Source of the DNA: Prochlorococcus marinus subsp. pastoris str. CCMP1986
GTDB taxonomy: Bacteria; Cyanobacteriota; Cyanobacteriia; PCC-6307; Cyanobiaceae
Assembly: GCF_000011465.1 (NCBI RefSeq)
Contig: NC_005072.1
Location: 1,140,001 to 1,172,000, forward strand
DNA: 32,000 bases
Direction: 5' to 3'
Shown piece by piece: positions 19,390-28,586 of the stretch. The stretch's first letter is position 1. Each line of letters opens with the position of its first letter. A program made the translations under genes and the position numbers. The notes below the pieces were generated by a model. It was not told where the DNA came from. It searched no databases and worked only from the letters and a program-made list of their open reading frames with translations.

Positions 19390-20415
19390 TTATATCCGAA
19401 CATATTCTTTATACCATTTTACAAACTTCCCAATACCCTCAGTAAGATTTATTTTTGGTTCGTATCCAATCCAATCACTTAGCTTATTTATATTAGCGGA
19501 TGTGGCGATAACATCTCCTGTTTGCATTGGTTTAAAAATCTTCTTGGCACTTTTCCCTATACTTAATTCTAAGAGTTCAATAAATTTCATTAACTTAATT
19601 GGATTACCATTGCCAACATTAAAAATCTTATGTTTTGCAAAAGATATTGAAGGGTCTGGTTTATCTCTATTAAAATTGTCAGAACTTTCAGCAGACTTAT
19701 AAACACACCCTACAATTCCATCTACAACATCATCAATATAAGTGAAATCCCTCATCATCTCTCCATTGTTAAAAATATTTATTTCATCACCAGATAAAAT
19801 TGCTTTAGTAAATATCATAGGTGCCATATCAGGTCTTCCCCAAGGTCCATAGACTGTAAAAAACCTTAGTCCTGTTGTTGGCAAGTCATAAATATGACTA
19901 TAAGAATGTGCTATAACTTCGTTACATTTTTTGGTTGCGGCATAAAAACTAACAGGATGATCTACAGATTGGCTTTCATTAAAGGGCATATTAGTATTGC
20001 CCCCGTATACAGAGCTACTTGAAGCATAAATAAAATTCCTTACATCATACTTTTTAGATAAATAAATTATGTTATGAAAGCCCACCAAGTTAGATTGAAC
20101 ATATTGATGTGGGTCGATTAATGAATAGCGAACACCAGCTTGAGCAGCCAAATTAACAACAAATTTTGGTTTGTATTTCGTAAAAAGTTTTTCTAATTCA
20201 TTTATGTTTTCAATTGAGAAATTAAATCCCTCATATTTTCCTTTATTAAATTTTGTAGATTTAATAATTTCTTTCAATCTATCTTTCTTCAGAGAAACGC
20301 TATAATATGAGTTTAAATTATCTACCCCAATAACTCTAAAACCTTTATGAACTAATTTTATTGAAAGAGAAGAACCGATAAACCCAGCGGAACCTGTAAC
20401 TAATATTGTATCCAT
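19390..20415 (-). CDS. UDP-glucuronate 4-epimerase-like SDR
   Basis: 'ILVTGSAGFIGSSLSIKLVHKGFRVIGVDNLNSYYSVSLKKDRL', 'NLAAQAGVRYSLIDPHQYVQSNLVGFHNII', 'FYAATKKCNEVIAHSYSHIYDLPTTGLRFFTVYGPWGRPDMA', 'RDFTYIDDVVDGI'. Confidence 0.9.
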   Translation of the reverse strand: MDTILVTGSAGFIGSSLSIKLVHKGFRVIGVDNLNSYYSVSLKKDRLKEIIKSTKFNKGKYEGFNFSIENINELEKLFTKYKPKFVVNLAAQAGVRYSLIDPHQYVQSNLVGFHNIIYLSKKYDVRNFIYASSSSVYGGNTNMPFNESQSVDHPVSFYAATKKCNEVIAHSYSHIYDLPTTGLRFFTVYGPWGRPDMAPMIFTKAILSGDEINIFNNGEMMRDFTYIDDVVDGIVGCVYKSAESSDNFNRDKPDPSISFAKHKIFNVGNGNPIKLMKFIELLELSIGKSAKKIFKPMQTGDVIATSANINKLSDWIGYEPKINLTEGIGKFVKWYKEYVRI

Positions 20416-20595
20416 TTAAAAAGGAAATAATTTAAAATTTAAACTATTAAAGATGCAAAAGCCAGAATTATCAATTTCCTTTTTTAAAATTAAAAATGGA
20501 TTAAAATTTAAATAATTCTTATTTTTAATATTACTATTTTTAGTAAACAAAAATAAGTAATATAAAGAATAATATATGTTAATAATTTTGCAGAT

Positions 20596-21762
20596 ATGAA
20601 TGGCTACTTTTTAAAAATATCTTCAGTATTATTGTTATTAAATTTATTTGGAATTTTTCCGTTAAAAATATTCTCACAAGATCTTATTAAAAATGAAATA
20701 TATAAAAATAATATTCCAATAGATTATCTAGATTACATTCCTGATAATGAATATATCTTAGGGCCTGGAGATGTAATTTTAATTTTATTCAATAATAAAG
20801 AGCTTTATAATAAATTATTTACTATTCAGAATGATGGGACAATATTTAGTAATAGGTTGAGAAGAGTTTATATTGAAGGTCTTACCATAAATGAATTATC
20901 TATTTTATTAAATGAAAAATATAAAGAATTTTTTATTAATCCGAATATAAATATAGAAATTGTTAAAAGCAGACCCATTAGAATTCAAATATTAGGAGAA
21001 GTGGTTAGTCCTGGTAGTTATTTATTAGGTGGAAAGAAGGAATTTAATCAATTTAATGCTTTAATTAATGAAACAAGTAATATTAAAGATGAAAAAAGTA
21101 ATTTACTTTTTGAAGAATTAAATAAAGAGGGGGAAATAACGACTTCTAAGACTTTATTTGATGCAATTAAGGAAGCTAAAGGTATTACTCTTTATTCTGA
21201 TCTAGAAAACATAGAAGTAATTAGGAGAAATCCAATTAGCAAAGGCGGAGGAAAAATAAAAACAAATTTAAATTTTCTTAATTTCATAGAAACTGGAGCT
21301 CAAAAACAAAATATTAGTTTGATGGATGGCGACACCATAATTGTAAAAAAGAGTAATTATCCCCTTAATGAACAGTTTAGAAAGGCAACAAGTACAAATT
21401 TACAAAGTCAATTTAATAAGGTATTCATATCTGGAAGAGTAGAAGAGCCTGGAATGAAATTAATTAATAAGTCTGCTACACTAAATGATTTAATTCTTCT
21501 GAGTGGAGGTAATAAACCTCTTAGAGGAAATATTTATAATGTAAGATTTAATAATGACGGAACTCTAACTAGAAGTAAAATAAGATATAGAAGGAATGCT
21601 CCTGCAAATTCTAAGAATAATCCTATATTACGTTCTGGAGATATTGTAAGCTTAGACTCTAATCTTCTATTAAAAGGTTCGTCAACTATAAGTGAAATCA
21701 CTAGCCCTTTTGTAGGGATCTTCTCCTCCTATAGCTTTTTTAATATGCTTACGGAATTATGA
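20596..21762 (+). CDS. polysaccharide export outer-membrane protein, Wza-like with SLBB domains
   Basis: N-terminal hydrophobic signal-like segment, then 'YILGPGDVILILFNN..YNKLFTIQNDGTI', 'IRIQILGEVVSPGSYLL', 'NQFNALINETSNIKDEKSNLLFEEL', second SLBB-like 'VFISGRVEEPGMKLINKSATLNDLILLSGG'. Confidence 0.88.
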   Translation: MNGYFLKISSVLLLLNLFGIFPLKIFSQDLIKNEIYKNNIPIDYLDYIPDNEYILGPGDVILILFNNKELYNKLFTIQNDGTIFSNRLRRVYIEGLTINELSILLNEKYKEFFINPNINIEIVKSRPIRIQILGEVVSPGSYLLGGKKEFNQFNALINETSNIKDEKSNLLFEELNKEGEITTSKTLFDAIKEAKGITLYSDLENIEVIRRNPISKGGGKIKTNLNFLNFIETGAQKQNISLMDGDTIIVKKSNYPLNEQFRKATSTNLQSQFNKVFISGRVEEPGMKLINKSATLNDLILLSGGNKPLRGNIYNVRFNNDGTLTRSKIRYRRNAPANSKNNPILRSGDIVSLDSNLLLKGSSTISEITSPFVGIFSSYSFFNMLTEL

Positions 21763-21771
21763 AAAATTTTT

Positions 21772-22464
21772 TTAATTAAGATTTTTTTTGTATGCATCTA
21801 CAATTAAACTTGAATTCGCATTTTCAAAATTCCAACCATATTTCCTACTAAATGATTTATTATTTCTCGTCCTGATTATAAATCCCAACTCAGAATTTAA
21901 TTTTTCATTAACAAGACTTCCATCAGATAAATATCCTTCCCTTAAGACACATTTAAAACCACAATTTTCTAATTCTGATTTTAAATATTCATAAGTAATG
22001 AATTGTTTATGATCAGAGGCATCAGCCCCTTTCCCATTTATTCCAGCATGTTCTCTGTAAATAGGATTTGGATGATTCCCATCTGGCACGGCAATTCTTA
22101 ATGTTCCATCTTCAATCAAATAATTATATATTAAATTTAAAGCAGACTTCATTTCCAATTTACTTAAATGTTCAAAGACATGCTCAGCTAAGGCTCTTTT
22201 AAGCTTTTTTTTATTTTTGAAAAGTCTGTGCCAGTTTTCTTTGCTTGAAATATCAAACCATTCTTCATTTGTTGATAACCAATCTTTTTGAGATGTAAGT
22301 GCTGCTCCAAGAATAATTTTTACTTCCTTAGCAAAAAAAAGGATTATTTTGAATTTTAAAAATCTAAATTTATATAGAAAAATTTTAAAAATCCTTCTAA
22401 TTAAAATTCTTAGTCTTTTTGGAACTATATTTCTGTAAATTAATTTTCCTCTATTAATTAACAT
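21772..22464 (-). CDS. SAM-dependent methyltransferase-like protein (class I, C-terminal half recognisable)
   Basis: 'HVFEHLSKLEMKSALNLIYNYLIEDGTLRIAVPDGNHPNP...HKQFITYEYLKSELENCGFKCVLREGYLSDG' typical of SPS-cluster methyltransferase-like proteins; no clear Gly-rich motif I, so activity uncertain. Confidence 0.6.
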   Translation of the reverse strand: MLINRGKLIYRNIVPKRLRILIRRIFKIFLYKFRFLKFKIILFFAKEVKIILGAALTSQKDWLSTNEEWFDISSKENWHRLFKNKKKLKRALAEHVFEHLSKLEMKSALNLIYNYLIEDGTLRIAVPDGNHPNPIYREHAGINGKGADASDHKQFITYEYLKSELENCGFKCVLREGYLSDGSLVNEKLNSELGFIIRTRNNKSFSRKYGWNFENANSSLIVDAYKKNLN

Positions 22465-22467
22465 TTT

Positions 22468-23628
22468 TCAAGGATCTAGGTAAGTAGATAATACGCTAAT
22501 AACTGACTCAGAAGAAGCTTTATTATCATATTTTGAAGAAAGATTCAGAAACACCTCTTTTGGTAAGTGAGAATAAGAAGAGTAATTGTTAATAACTTGT
22601 TTTATCAATTTAGAAATACCATAGGGTTCAATCTCCATTGTTGTTTCTCCTAAGATTCCATCTATAAACAAAGAGGAAAGTCCTCTATTAACTATTGCAA
22701 CAATGGGGATACCCAAAAGACCAGATTCTAAAGCAACTCTTGATAAACCTTCTCCATAAGTACTCGGAATTACAATCAATTTAGAAGTTGCATAATAATT
22801 TATAGGTTCAATTACATATTCTTCTAATACGATATTTTTATCTAATAAAAATTCTTTTAAATCAGTATCAATATTTTTTATATCACTTTTTGGTGATACT
22901 ATTCTGAATTTTAAATTAGAATATATTGGATCACTTAATAAATAGTTAATAGCTGCTATAAACCTATAGAACCCTTTATCGACGGAAATTCTTCCAATAT
23001 AAGTAATGTACATATCATCTAATTGGAGTTGATTTTTTTTATTTAAAATTCCTAAATTTATCCTCTTTTTCTTAAGATTATCTGGATTAAAAATACGTGA
23101 GTCGATCCCAGTCCCAGGAATTATATTTATTTTTGAAATTTGAACTATTTTTTTTTCTAATAAATAAGCATAATCAGCATAATTTAAAACAAATATACCT
23201 TTATAAGGATTTAGAAAAATTATTCTATAAACTATTTCCAAAATTCTTTTAAGAATTCTAAATAATAATATTCTTGAAGAAAATATTCTTCCTAAGCCTT
23301 CTAAAGTCGCAAATCTAATTGAATTATTAAAAATCGGAAGTATTGATAAGATAATTGGACCAATAGTAAAACTAAATAAAAAAGTTTTCTTTTGATCCTT
23401 AGAAAAAAAATTTTTAATATAAAAAAAAATATAATTTACAAAATTATATTGTTTTACTTTGTTTAATAAAAATTTATTTTTATTTCCTACTGGCGGTCCT
23501 AATCTTAAATAAATCAAAAGAACTTCAATTTTTTTATTATTCAATTCTTCGATTAAAGGTAACTTAAAATTATGTAGGAACCAAAGTGTATTAGCAAATA
23601 AAATAACTTTATGTTTACTATCTTGCAT
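22468..23628 (-). CDS. GT4-family glycosyltransferase
   Basis: 'VILFANTLWFLHNFKLPLIEELNNK', 'INIIPGTGIDSRIFNPDNLKKKR', 'MYITYIGRISVDKGFYRFIAAINYL', 'LIVIPSTYGEGLSRVALESGLLGIPIVAIVNRG' (EGLSRVALE = EX7E motif). Confidence 0.92.
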   Translation of the reverse strand: MQDSKHKVILFANTLWFLHNFKLPLIEELNNKKIEVLLIYLRLGPPVGNKNKFLLNKVKQYNFVNYIFFYIKNFFSKDQKKTFLFSFTIGPIILSILPIFNNSIRFATLEGLGRIFSSRILLFRILKRILEIVYRIIFLNPYKGIFVLNYADYAYLLEKKIVQISKINIIPGTGIDSRIFNPDNLKKKRINLGILNKKNQLQLDDMYITYIGRISVDKGFYRFIAAINYLLSDPIYSNLKFRIVSPKSDIKNIDTDLKEFLLDKNIVLEEYVIEPINYYATSKLIVIPSTYGEGLSRVALESGLLGIPIVAIVNRGLSSLFIDGILGETTMEIEPYGISKLIKQVINNYSSYSHLPKEVFLNLSSKYDNKASSESVISVLSTYLDP

Positions 23629-23767
23629 TAAGAAATTTTCAACTTATTTAATAATAGTAAAATTAAAAATAGTTGTTTATAATTTTGCAAATTAACGTCA
23701 TGAAAACCCATGAAATTTTGTATCAAAATTACAAAAAAACATTTTTAGATTTACAAAATCATTAATA

Positions 23768-24445
23768 TTGTTATATGAAACACAAAAAATAAAATTGTTA
23801 GATAATGGTCATCATATAAATTTTTTTTATAATAATAAACTTTTCCTTCCCAAAGATAATAAATTAAGGCCAGCTTTGTTCCTTGACAGAGATGGTGTAA
23901 TAATTAAAGAAAAACACTTCATATCTAAAGCAACTGACGTCGAATTAGAAAATGGAATTAATGATCTAATATATTTAGCTAATATGCTTCAATTGCCAAT
24001 AGTAATTATCACCAATCAATCTGGAATAGCACGAAAAATCACAAAATGGGAAAATTACTTTAAAGTAACAGAAAAAATGATAAATCTTATAAATAAAGAC
24101 AATACTATAATTGCAATTTATGCAAATGGATTAGGTACAGAATCTCCCAACTATTCATGGAGGAAACCAAGTCCTTCTATGATTTTAAACGCAGCAAATT
24201 ATCTAAAATTAGATCTATCAAAATCACTTTTGGTTGGGGACAGATTAAGTGATTTAATTTCTGGTTTCAATGCAGGTTTATTAAATCTTTTTCATGTACG
24301 TACTGGACACGGAAACTTGGAAAGAGAGGATGTTAAAAAATTTTTTAGTAAAAACGATCATTCTGATTTAATAAAAATAAAATATATTAATAAAATAGGG
24401 GAAGAATTATTTCATGATCTCCAAGTTTTGGTTGGGCAGCAATGA
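23768..24445 (+). CDS. gmhB: D-glycero-D-manno-heptose-1,7-bisphosphate 7-phosphatase-like HAD phosphatase
   Basis: 'RPALFLDRDGVIIKEKHFISKATDVELENGINDLIYLAN', 'IVIITNQSGIARKI', 'SWRKPSPSMILNAANYLKLDLSKSLLVGDRLSDLISGFNAGL'. Confidence 0.85.
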   Translation: MLYETQKIKLLDNGHHINFFYNNKLFLPKDNKLRPALFLDRDGVIIKEKHFISKATDVELENGINDLIYLANMLQLPIVIITNQSGIARKITKWENYFKVTEKMINLINKDNTIIAIYANGLGTESPNYSWRKPSPSMILNAANYLKLDLSKSLLVGDRLSDLISGFNAGLLNLFHVRTGHGNLEREDVKKFFSKNDHSDLIKIKYINKIGEELFHDLQVLVGQQ

Positions 24446-25665
24446 GCTTGAAGAATGGAGAAATTATTATAATTGGTGGAGGAATTGTTGGATTAACAAT
24501 TGCATACCAGATTATCAAAAGAGGTATTTCGAAAAATATTATTATTTTAGAAAAAGAAAATAATTTAGGTTTGCATACCTCAGGCAGAAATAGCGGAGTC
24601 TTACACGCAGGAATATATTATAAACCTGGCTCCCTTAAGTCAAAAGTATGCATTGAGGGAGGCAAGAGACTTAAGGCATGGATAAAAGATAGAGGACTAA
24701 AAACAAATCCATGTGGGAAAATAATAATTCCTACTAAGTATGAACAAGATTCTCAAATAGATTTACTTTTTGAAAGGGGCTTAAAAAATGGAGCAAAAGT
24801 CGAAATTATTAATAATAAAAAACTGAAAGAAATTCAACCAAATACAAATTCCATAACAAATAGAGCATTATGGAGTCCTAATACTGCGGTAGTAAACCCA
24901 TTAGAGATAATAAATCAATTAGAAATTGAACTTAAAGATAAGGGAGTAATTTTCATAAAAGGAAGCAAAATAAGAAAGATAAATAAAAAGGAAAATAAAA
25001 TTCACACTGAAGATAATTTAATAATAAAGTATAAATATTTTTTTAATTGTGCTGGTCTTCAATCGGATAGGGTTGCACATATGTGCAATGTTGGCAAAAA
25101 CTTAACAATATTGCCTTTTAAAGGTTTTTATTGGAAGATAAAAAATAATGACGCTTTTGATATCAAAACGAATATATATCCAGTTCCTGATTTATCTGTT
25201 CCTTTCCTTGGCGTTCACTTCACGCCAAGTGGTGATAAAAAAAATATTTTTATTGGACCAACTGCGACAGTGGCTTTTGGTAGAGAAAATTACAAATTTT
25301 TTGAAGGATTAGAACCATTAATGTTGATTTCAAATCTATTTATTCTTTCAAAGCAATATTTGATGAATAAGAATAAATTTAGACAATATGTTCATCAACA
25401 ATCTCTTCAGGCTTTTGAACCATTCTTAATAAAATCAGCTCAGAATTTAATTCCATCAATCAAATTGAGTGATATTGAAATAAGTGAAAAACTAGGAATT
25501 AGGGCGCAGCTTTTTGATAATAAAAAAATGAATTTAGTAGATGATTTTATTTGTACAAATGATGAAAATTCTACACATGTTTTAAATGCAGTTTCTCCAG
25601 CTTTTACATCAAGTTTCTCACTGGCAGATTTAATAATTAATTCTTCAAAATTAAATAAAGAATAA
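24442..25665 (+). CDS. FAD-dependent oxidoreductase of the L-2-hydroxyglutarate oxidase (LhgO) family
   Basis: 'IIIIGGGIVGLTIAYQIIKRGISKNIIILEKENNLGLHTSGRNSGVLHAGIYYKPGSLKSKVCIEG', 'NPCGKIIIPT', 'NCAGLQSDRVA', 'YPVPDLSVPFLGVHFTP...IFIGPTATVAF'. ATGA overlap with gmhB. Confidence 0.88.
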   Translation: MSLKNGEIIIIGGGIVGLTIAYQIIKRGISKNIIILEKENNLGLHTSGRNSGVLHAGIYYKPGSLKSKVCIEGGKRLKAWIKDRGLKTNPCGKIIIPTKYEQDSQIDLLFERGLKNGAKVEIINNKKLKEIQPNTNSITNRALWSPNTAVVNPLEIINQLEIELKDKGVIFIKGSKIRKINKKENKIHTEDNLIIKYKYFFNCAGLQSDRVAHMCNVGKNLTILPFKGFYWKIKNNDAFDIKTNIYPVPDLSVPFLGVHFTPSGDKKNIFIGPTATVAFGRENYKFFEGLEPLMLISNLFILSKQYLMNKNKFRQYVHQQSLQAFEPFLIKSAQNLIPSIKLSDIEISEKLGIRAQLFDNKKMNLVDDFICTNDENSTHVLNAVSPAFTSSFSLADLIINSSKLNKE

Positions 25666-25666
25666 T

Positions 25667-26386
25667 ATGGACAAAAAGTTAAAAGTTTTATTATTAGCGG
25701 CAGGTTTGGGAACAAGATTAAAACCATTAACAAATAATGTCCCAAAATGTCTCGTAAAAATAAATGAAAAGCCTCTTCTACATTTATGGCTTGAAAAACT
25801 AGAAAATTTAAATTGCGAATCTATATTAATTAATACTCATTATTTACCTGATAAAGTTAACAGAGCCATTTATGAATGGGATGGGGAAAAATCCAAAATA
25901 TATACTACTTTTGAAAAAAATCTTTTAGGCACAGCAGGCACCTTAATAAGGAATCTTGATTTTTTTAATAATTCTGAAGGTTTAATTATTCATGCTGATA
26001 ATATGACTGATGATAATCTTGTTGAATTTATTAATGCTCATAATAAAAGACCTTGCAATACTATATTATCGATGCTTACATTCGAAACGGATAATCCAAC
26101 AGCTTGCGGTGTAGTAAAAATAGATAAAGATAATATAGTTCAAGAATTTCATGAAAAAGTAAAAAATCCGCCTTCAAAATTAGCTAATGGTGCTATTTAT
26201 GCTTTTGGCAATGATTTCATAAATTATCTTAAAAATATGGATAATAAAGTATTTGATATAAGCAAAGATATAATACCTTCATTAAATGGTAGAATATTGT
26301 CCTACAAAACTAGTGCGAATTTTCTTGATATTGGAACACCTTATAATCTAAAAAAAGCTCAAAAATTATTTAATAAAGATTTATAG
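25667..26386 (+). CDS. hddC: sugar-1-phosphate nucleotidyltransferase, HddC-like (heptose-1-P guanylyltransferase candidate)
   Basis: 'VLLLAAGLGTRLKPLTNNVPKCLVKINEKPLLHLWLEKL', 'INTHYLPDKV', 'NLLGTAGTLIRN', 'IIHADNMTDDNLVEFINAH', 'FHEKVKNPPSKLANGAIYAF'; clustered with gmhA/gmhB. Nucleotide/sugar specificity inferred from context. Confidence 0.72.
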   Translation: MDKKLKVLLLAAGLGTRLKPLTNNVPKCLVKINEKPLLHLWLEKLENLNCESILINTHYLPDKVNRAIYEWDGEKSKIYTTFEKNLLGTAGTLIRNLDFFNNSEGLIIHADNMTDDNLVEFINAHNKRPCNTILSMLTFETDNPTACGVVKIDKDNIVQEFHEKVKNPPSKLANGAIYAFGNDFINYLKNMDNKVFDISKDIIPSLNGRILSYKTSANFLDIGTPYNLKKAQKLFNKDL

Positions 26387-26388
26387 TG

Positions 26389-27000
26389 ATGGAAAAAGTT
26401 TTTAAAAATTTTACAGAATTATACCTAAAGAATTTAGTTTCAAGTTTTGAACCAAAGATTATTGAAAAGATAGAAATACTTGCAAATGATTTAAATTTAA
26501 GCTGGAAGAATGGAGCTAATGTTTTTATATGCGGAAATGGAGGTAGTGCGGGAAATGCAATGCATATTGCAAATGACTTTCATTACGGAGTTGGTTGTAA
26601 AAGGGATCCACAATCAAATGATATAAAAAATAAACCAGGAATAAAAATTATAGCTCTGCCATCAAACCCGAGTATTATTACATGCTTGGCAAATGATATT
26701 GGTTATGAAAATATCTACTCTCACCAATTAAAAGTCCTTGGGAATCTAAATGATATATTAATTGTTTTATCAGGCAGCGGAAATTCTAAGAATGTAATAA
26801 ATGCTATAGTTGAAGCTCATAAAATTGGAATTAAAACTTATTCAATTACTGCTTTTGATGGAGGTAAATGCAAAGAGATTTCAAAAGAAAATATTCATTT
26901 TGAAATTAATGATATGCAAATAGCAGAAGATACTCAATTAATTCTTTTTCATATGTGTATGCAATGGCTTTCAAATACTAATAATCAAGAAATAGAATAG
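26389..27000 (+). CDS. gmhA: SIS-domain sedoheptulose-7-phosphate isomerase-like protein
   Basis: 'VFICGNGGSAGNAMHIANDFHYG', 'LSGSGNSKNVINAIVEAHKIGIKTYSITAFDGGK', 'AEDTQLILFHMCMQWL'. The provided ORF begins at an overlapping GTG (26386); ATG at 26389 is a likely alternative start. Confidence 0.82.
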   Translation: MEKVFKNFTELYLKNLVSSFEPKIIEKIEILANDLNLSWKNGANVFICGNGGSAGNAMHIANDFHYGVGCKRDPQSNDIKNKPGIKIIALPSNPSIITCLANDIGYENIYSHQLKVLGNLNDILIVLSGSGNSKNVINAIVEAHKIGIKTYSITAFDGGKCKEISKENIHFEINDMQIAEDTQLILFHMCMQWLSNTNNQEIE

Positions 27001-27015
27001 TTATTAAAAAGTTAA

Positions 27016-28518
27016 ATGAGTAGTTTCATCACCCCAATTATTCAAATAAATGAAGCATGCAAATACAATAACTGTATCTTGGGTTATGGCCATTTCAACT
27101 CAATTCATACCGGGCATATAAGATATTTAAAACGTGCTAAAGATATAAATAATATTCTTTTAGTTGCAGTACTTAAAGATCCACAATTTCAAGGAGTTAT
27201 TTTTACTCAAGAGGAAAGAGCTGAGTCTATTGCACAATTAGGTATTGCTAATGCTATTGTTCTTCTACCTGATAACAACCTTGAAAAAGCAGTTAATATA
27301 ATAAATCCTAGAGAACTTATTTTAGGAAAAGAGTACGAGAATTCTAATATAAATAATATTAATACTACAGTTAAAAATTTAAAAGCTAAAAACAAAGCAA
27401 TCTATTTCCATGCTGGAGAAATAAACTATGCAAATACAGAGTTATTAACTATATCAGAAGATAATCTTAAAAAAGAAAGAGAAAAAGAATTTTTAAAAGC
27501 TTTAAAAAGACAGAATATTTCTTGTGAAAATCTTATAGAGACTAGTAAAAGAATTAAGAATACAAAATTAATTGTAATTGGAGATTCTATCGTTGATCAA
27601 TATGCATCGTGCGAAGCATTAGGTATGAGTGCTGAAGCCCCAGTAATTGTAGTAAAGGAATTAGAACAGAAAAATTTTGTGGGAGGAGCTGCAATTGTAG
27701 CCTCTCATATAACCAGACTAGGTTCTGAATGTGAATTTATCTCAGTTATAGGTTCTGATGAGCCCGGTAAATGGATTCATAAAGAATTAAAAAAAAATTC
27801 AGTAAAACCAAATTTATTTATTGATAAAAATAGACCTACAACCTTTAAAAAAAGATACATTGTTGAGAATCAAAAGCTTTTTAGGGTAAGTCGATTAGAG
27901 GATCATATGATTGACAAAGAAACAACAAAAAAGATTCTTGATTACGTTTATAAAGCAAGTTTAAATGCTAATGGAATTGTAATTTCTGATTTTGTTTATG
28001 GAATAATAACAGGTGAACTTTTAAAAGGAATTACTAAATTTGCTAACGAGAGTGGGATTAAACTTTATGGTGATCTTCAATGTAGTAGTCAAATAGGTGA
28101 TATTTCCAGAATGGAGGATTTCACACTTATTTGTCCAAATGAAAGAGAAGCAAGAATATCTATTCAAAATAAAGATATTGGTTTAGAGGAATTATGCAGA
28201 ATATTAATAAGTAAAACAAAATGTGAAAATCTTATTATGAAACTAGGTGCTAACGGTTTTATTGTTTACTCACATCAAAAAGGAGAATCTCCAAGGGTAC
28301 AAGCATTCCCAGCATTATCTGTAAATCCAGTTGACGTATCAGGCGCTGGAGACACTCTTCTTTCAATAATGGCTGCAGGTTTATCTAGTGGATCAAAAAT
28401 AATGGATGTAGCGGCATTAGCATGCTGTGGTAGTGCAATTGCCGTTGATACTATGGGCAACAACCCCATTGAAATTGAAAAAATTATTGATAAAGCAATT
28501 AAGATTTTTAATAAATAA
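27016..28518 (+). CDS. fusion protein: N-terminal RfaE/HldE-type nucleotidylyltransferase domain + C-terminal PfkB/ribokinase-family (heptose-7-P kinase-like) domain
   Basis: N-term HxGH motif 'SIHTGHIRYLKRAK' (HTGH codons 27106-27117) and 'LILGKEYEN'; C-term 'LIVIGDSIVDQYASCEALGMSAEAPVIVV...FVGGAAIVASHI' ... 'VNPVDVSGAGDTLLSIMAAGL' is HldE kinase-like. Order is the reverse of canonical HldE. Confidence 0.85.
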   Translation: MSSFITPIIQINEACKYNNCILGYGHFNSIHTGHIRYLKRAKDINNILLVAVLKDPQFQGVIFTQEERAESIAQLGIANAIVLLPDNNLEKAVNIINPRELILGKEYENSNINNINTTVKNLKAKNKAIYFHAGEINYANTELLTISEDNLKKEREKEFLKALKRQNISCENLIETSKRIKNTKLIVIGDSIVDQYASCEALGMSAEAPVIVVKELEQKNFVGGAAIVASHITRLGSECEFISVIGSDEPGKWIHKELKKNSVKPNLFIDKNRPTTFKKRYIVENQKLFRVSRLEDHMIDKETTKKILDYVYKASLNANGIVISDFVYGIITGELLKGITKFANESGIKLYGDLQCSSQIGDISRMEDFTLICPNEREARISIQNKDIGLEELCRILISKTKCENLIMKLGANGFIVYSHQKGESPRVQAFPALSVNPVDVSGAGDTLLSIMAAGLSSGSKIMDVAALACCGSAIAVDTMGNNPIEIEKIIDKAIKIFNK

Positions 28519-28586
28519 TTGCAAATTAAAGTGTTCGTTTTTTATTTGAAAGTATAAAATTGTATCTACACATAATTCTAATTTAA

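Noticed and set aside
21772-22464. Pseudogene interpretation of the methyltransferase-like ORF
   Set aside because: Lacks a clear N-terminal Gly-rich SAM motif, but the ORF is intact, at 3 nt from its upstream neighbour, and similar short methyltransferase-like proteins are common in such clusters.
25440-25745. 101-aa minus-strand ORF spanning the lhgO/hddC junction
   Set aside because: Covers two well-supported plus-strand genes; no motif.
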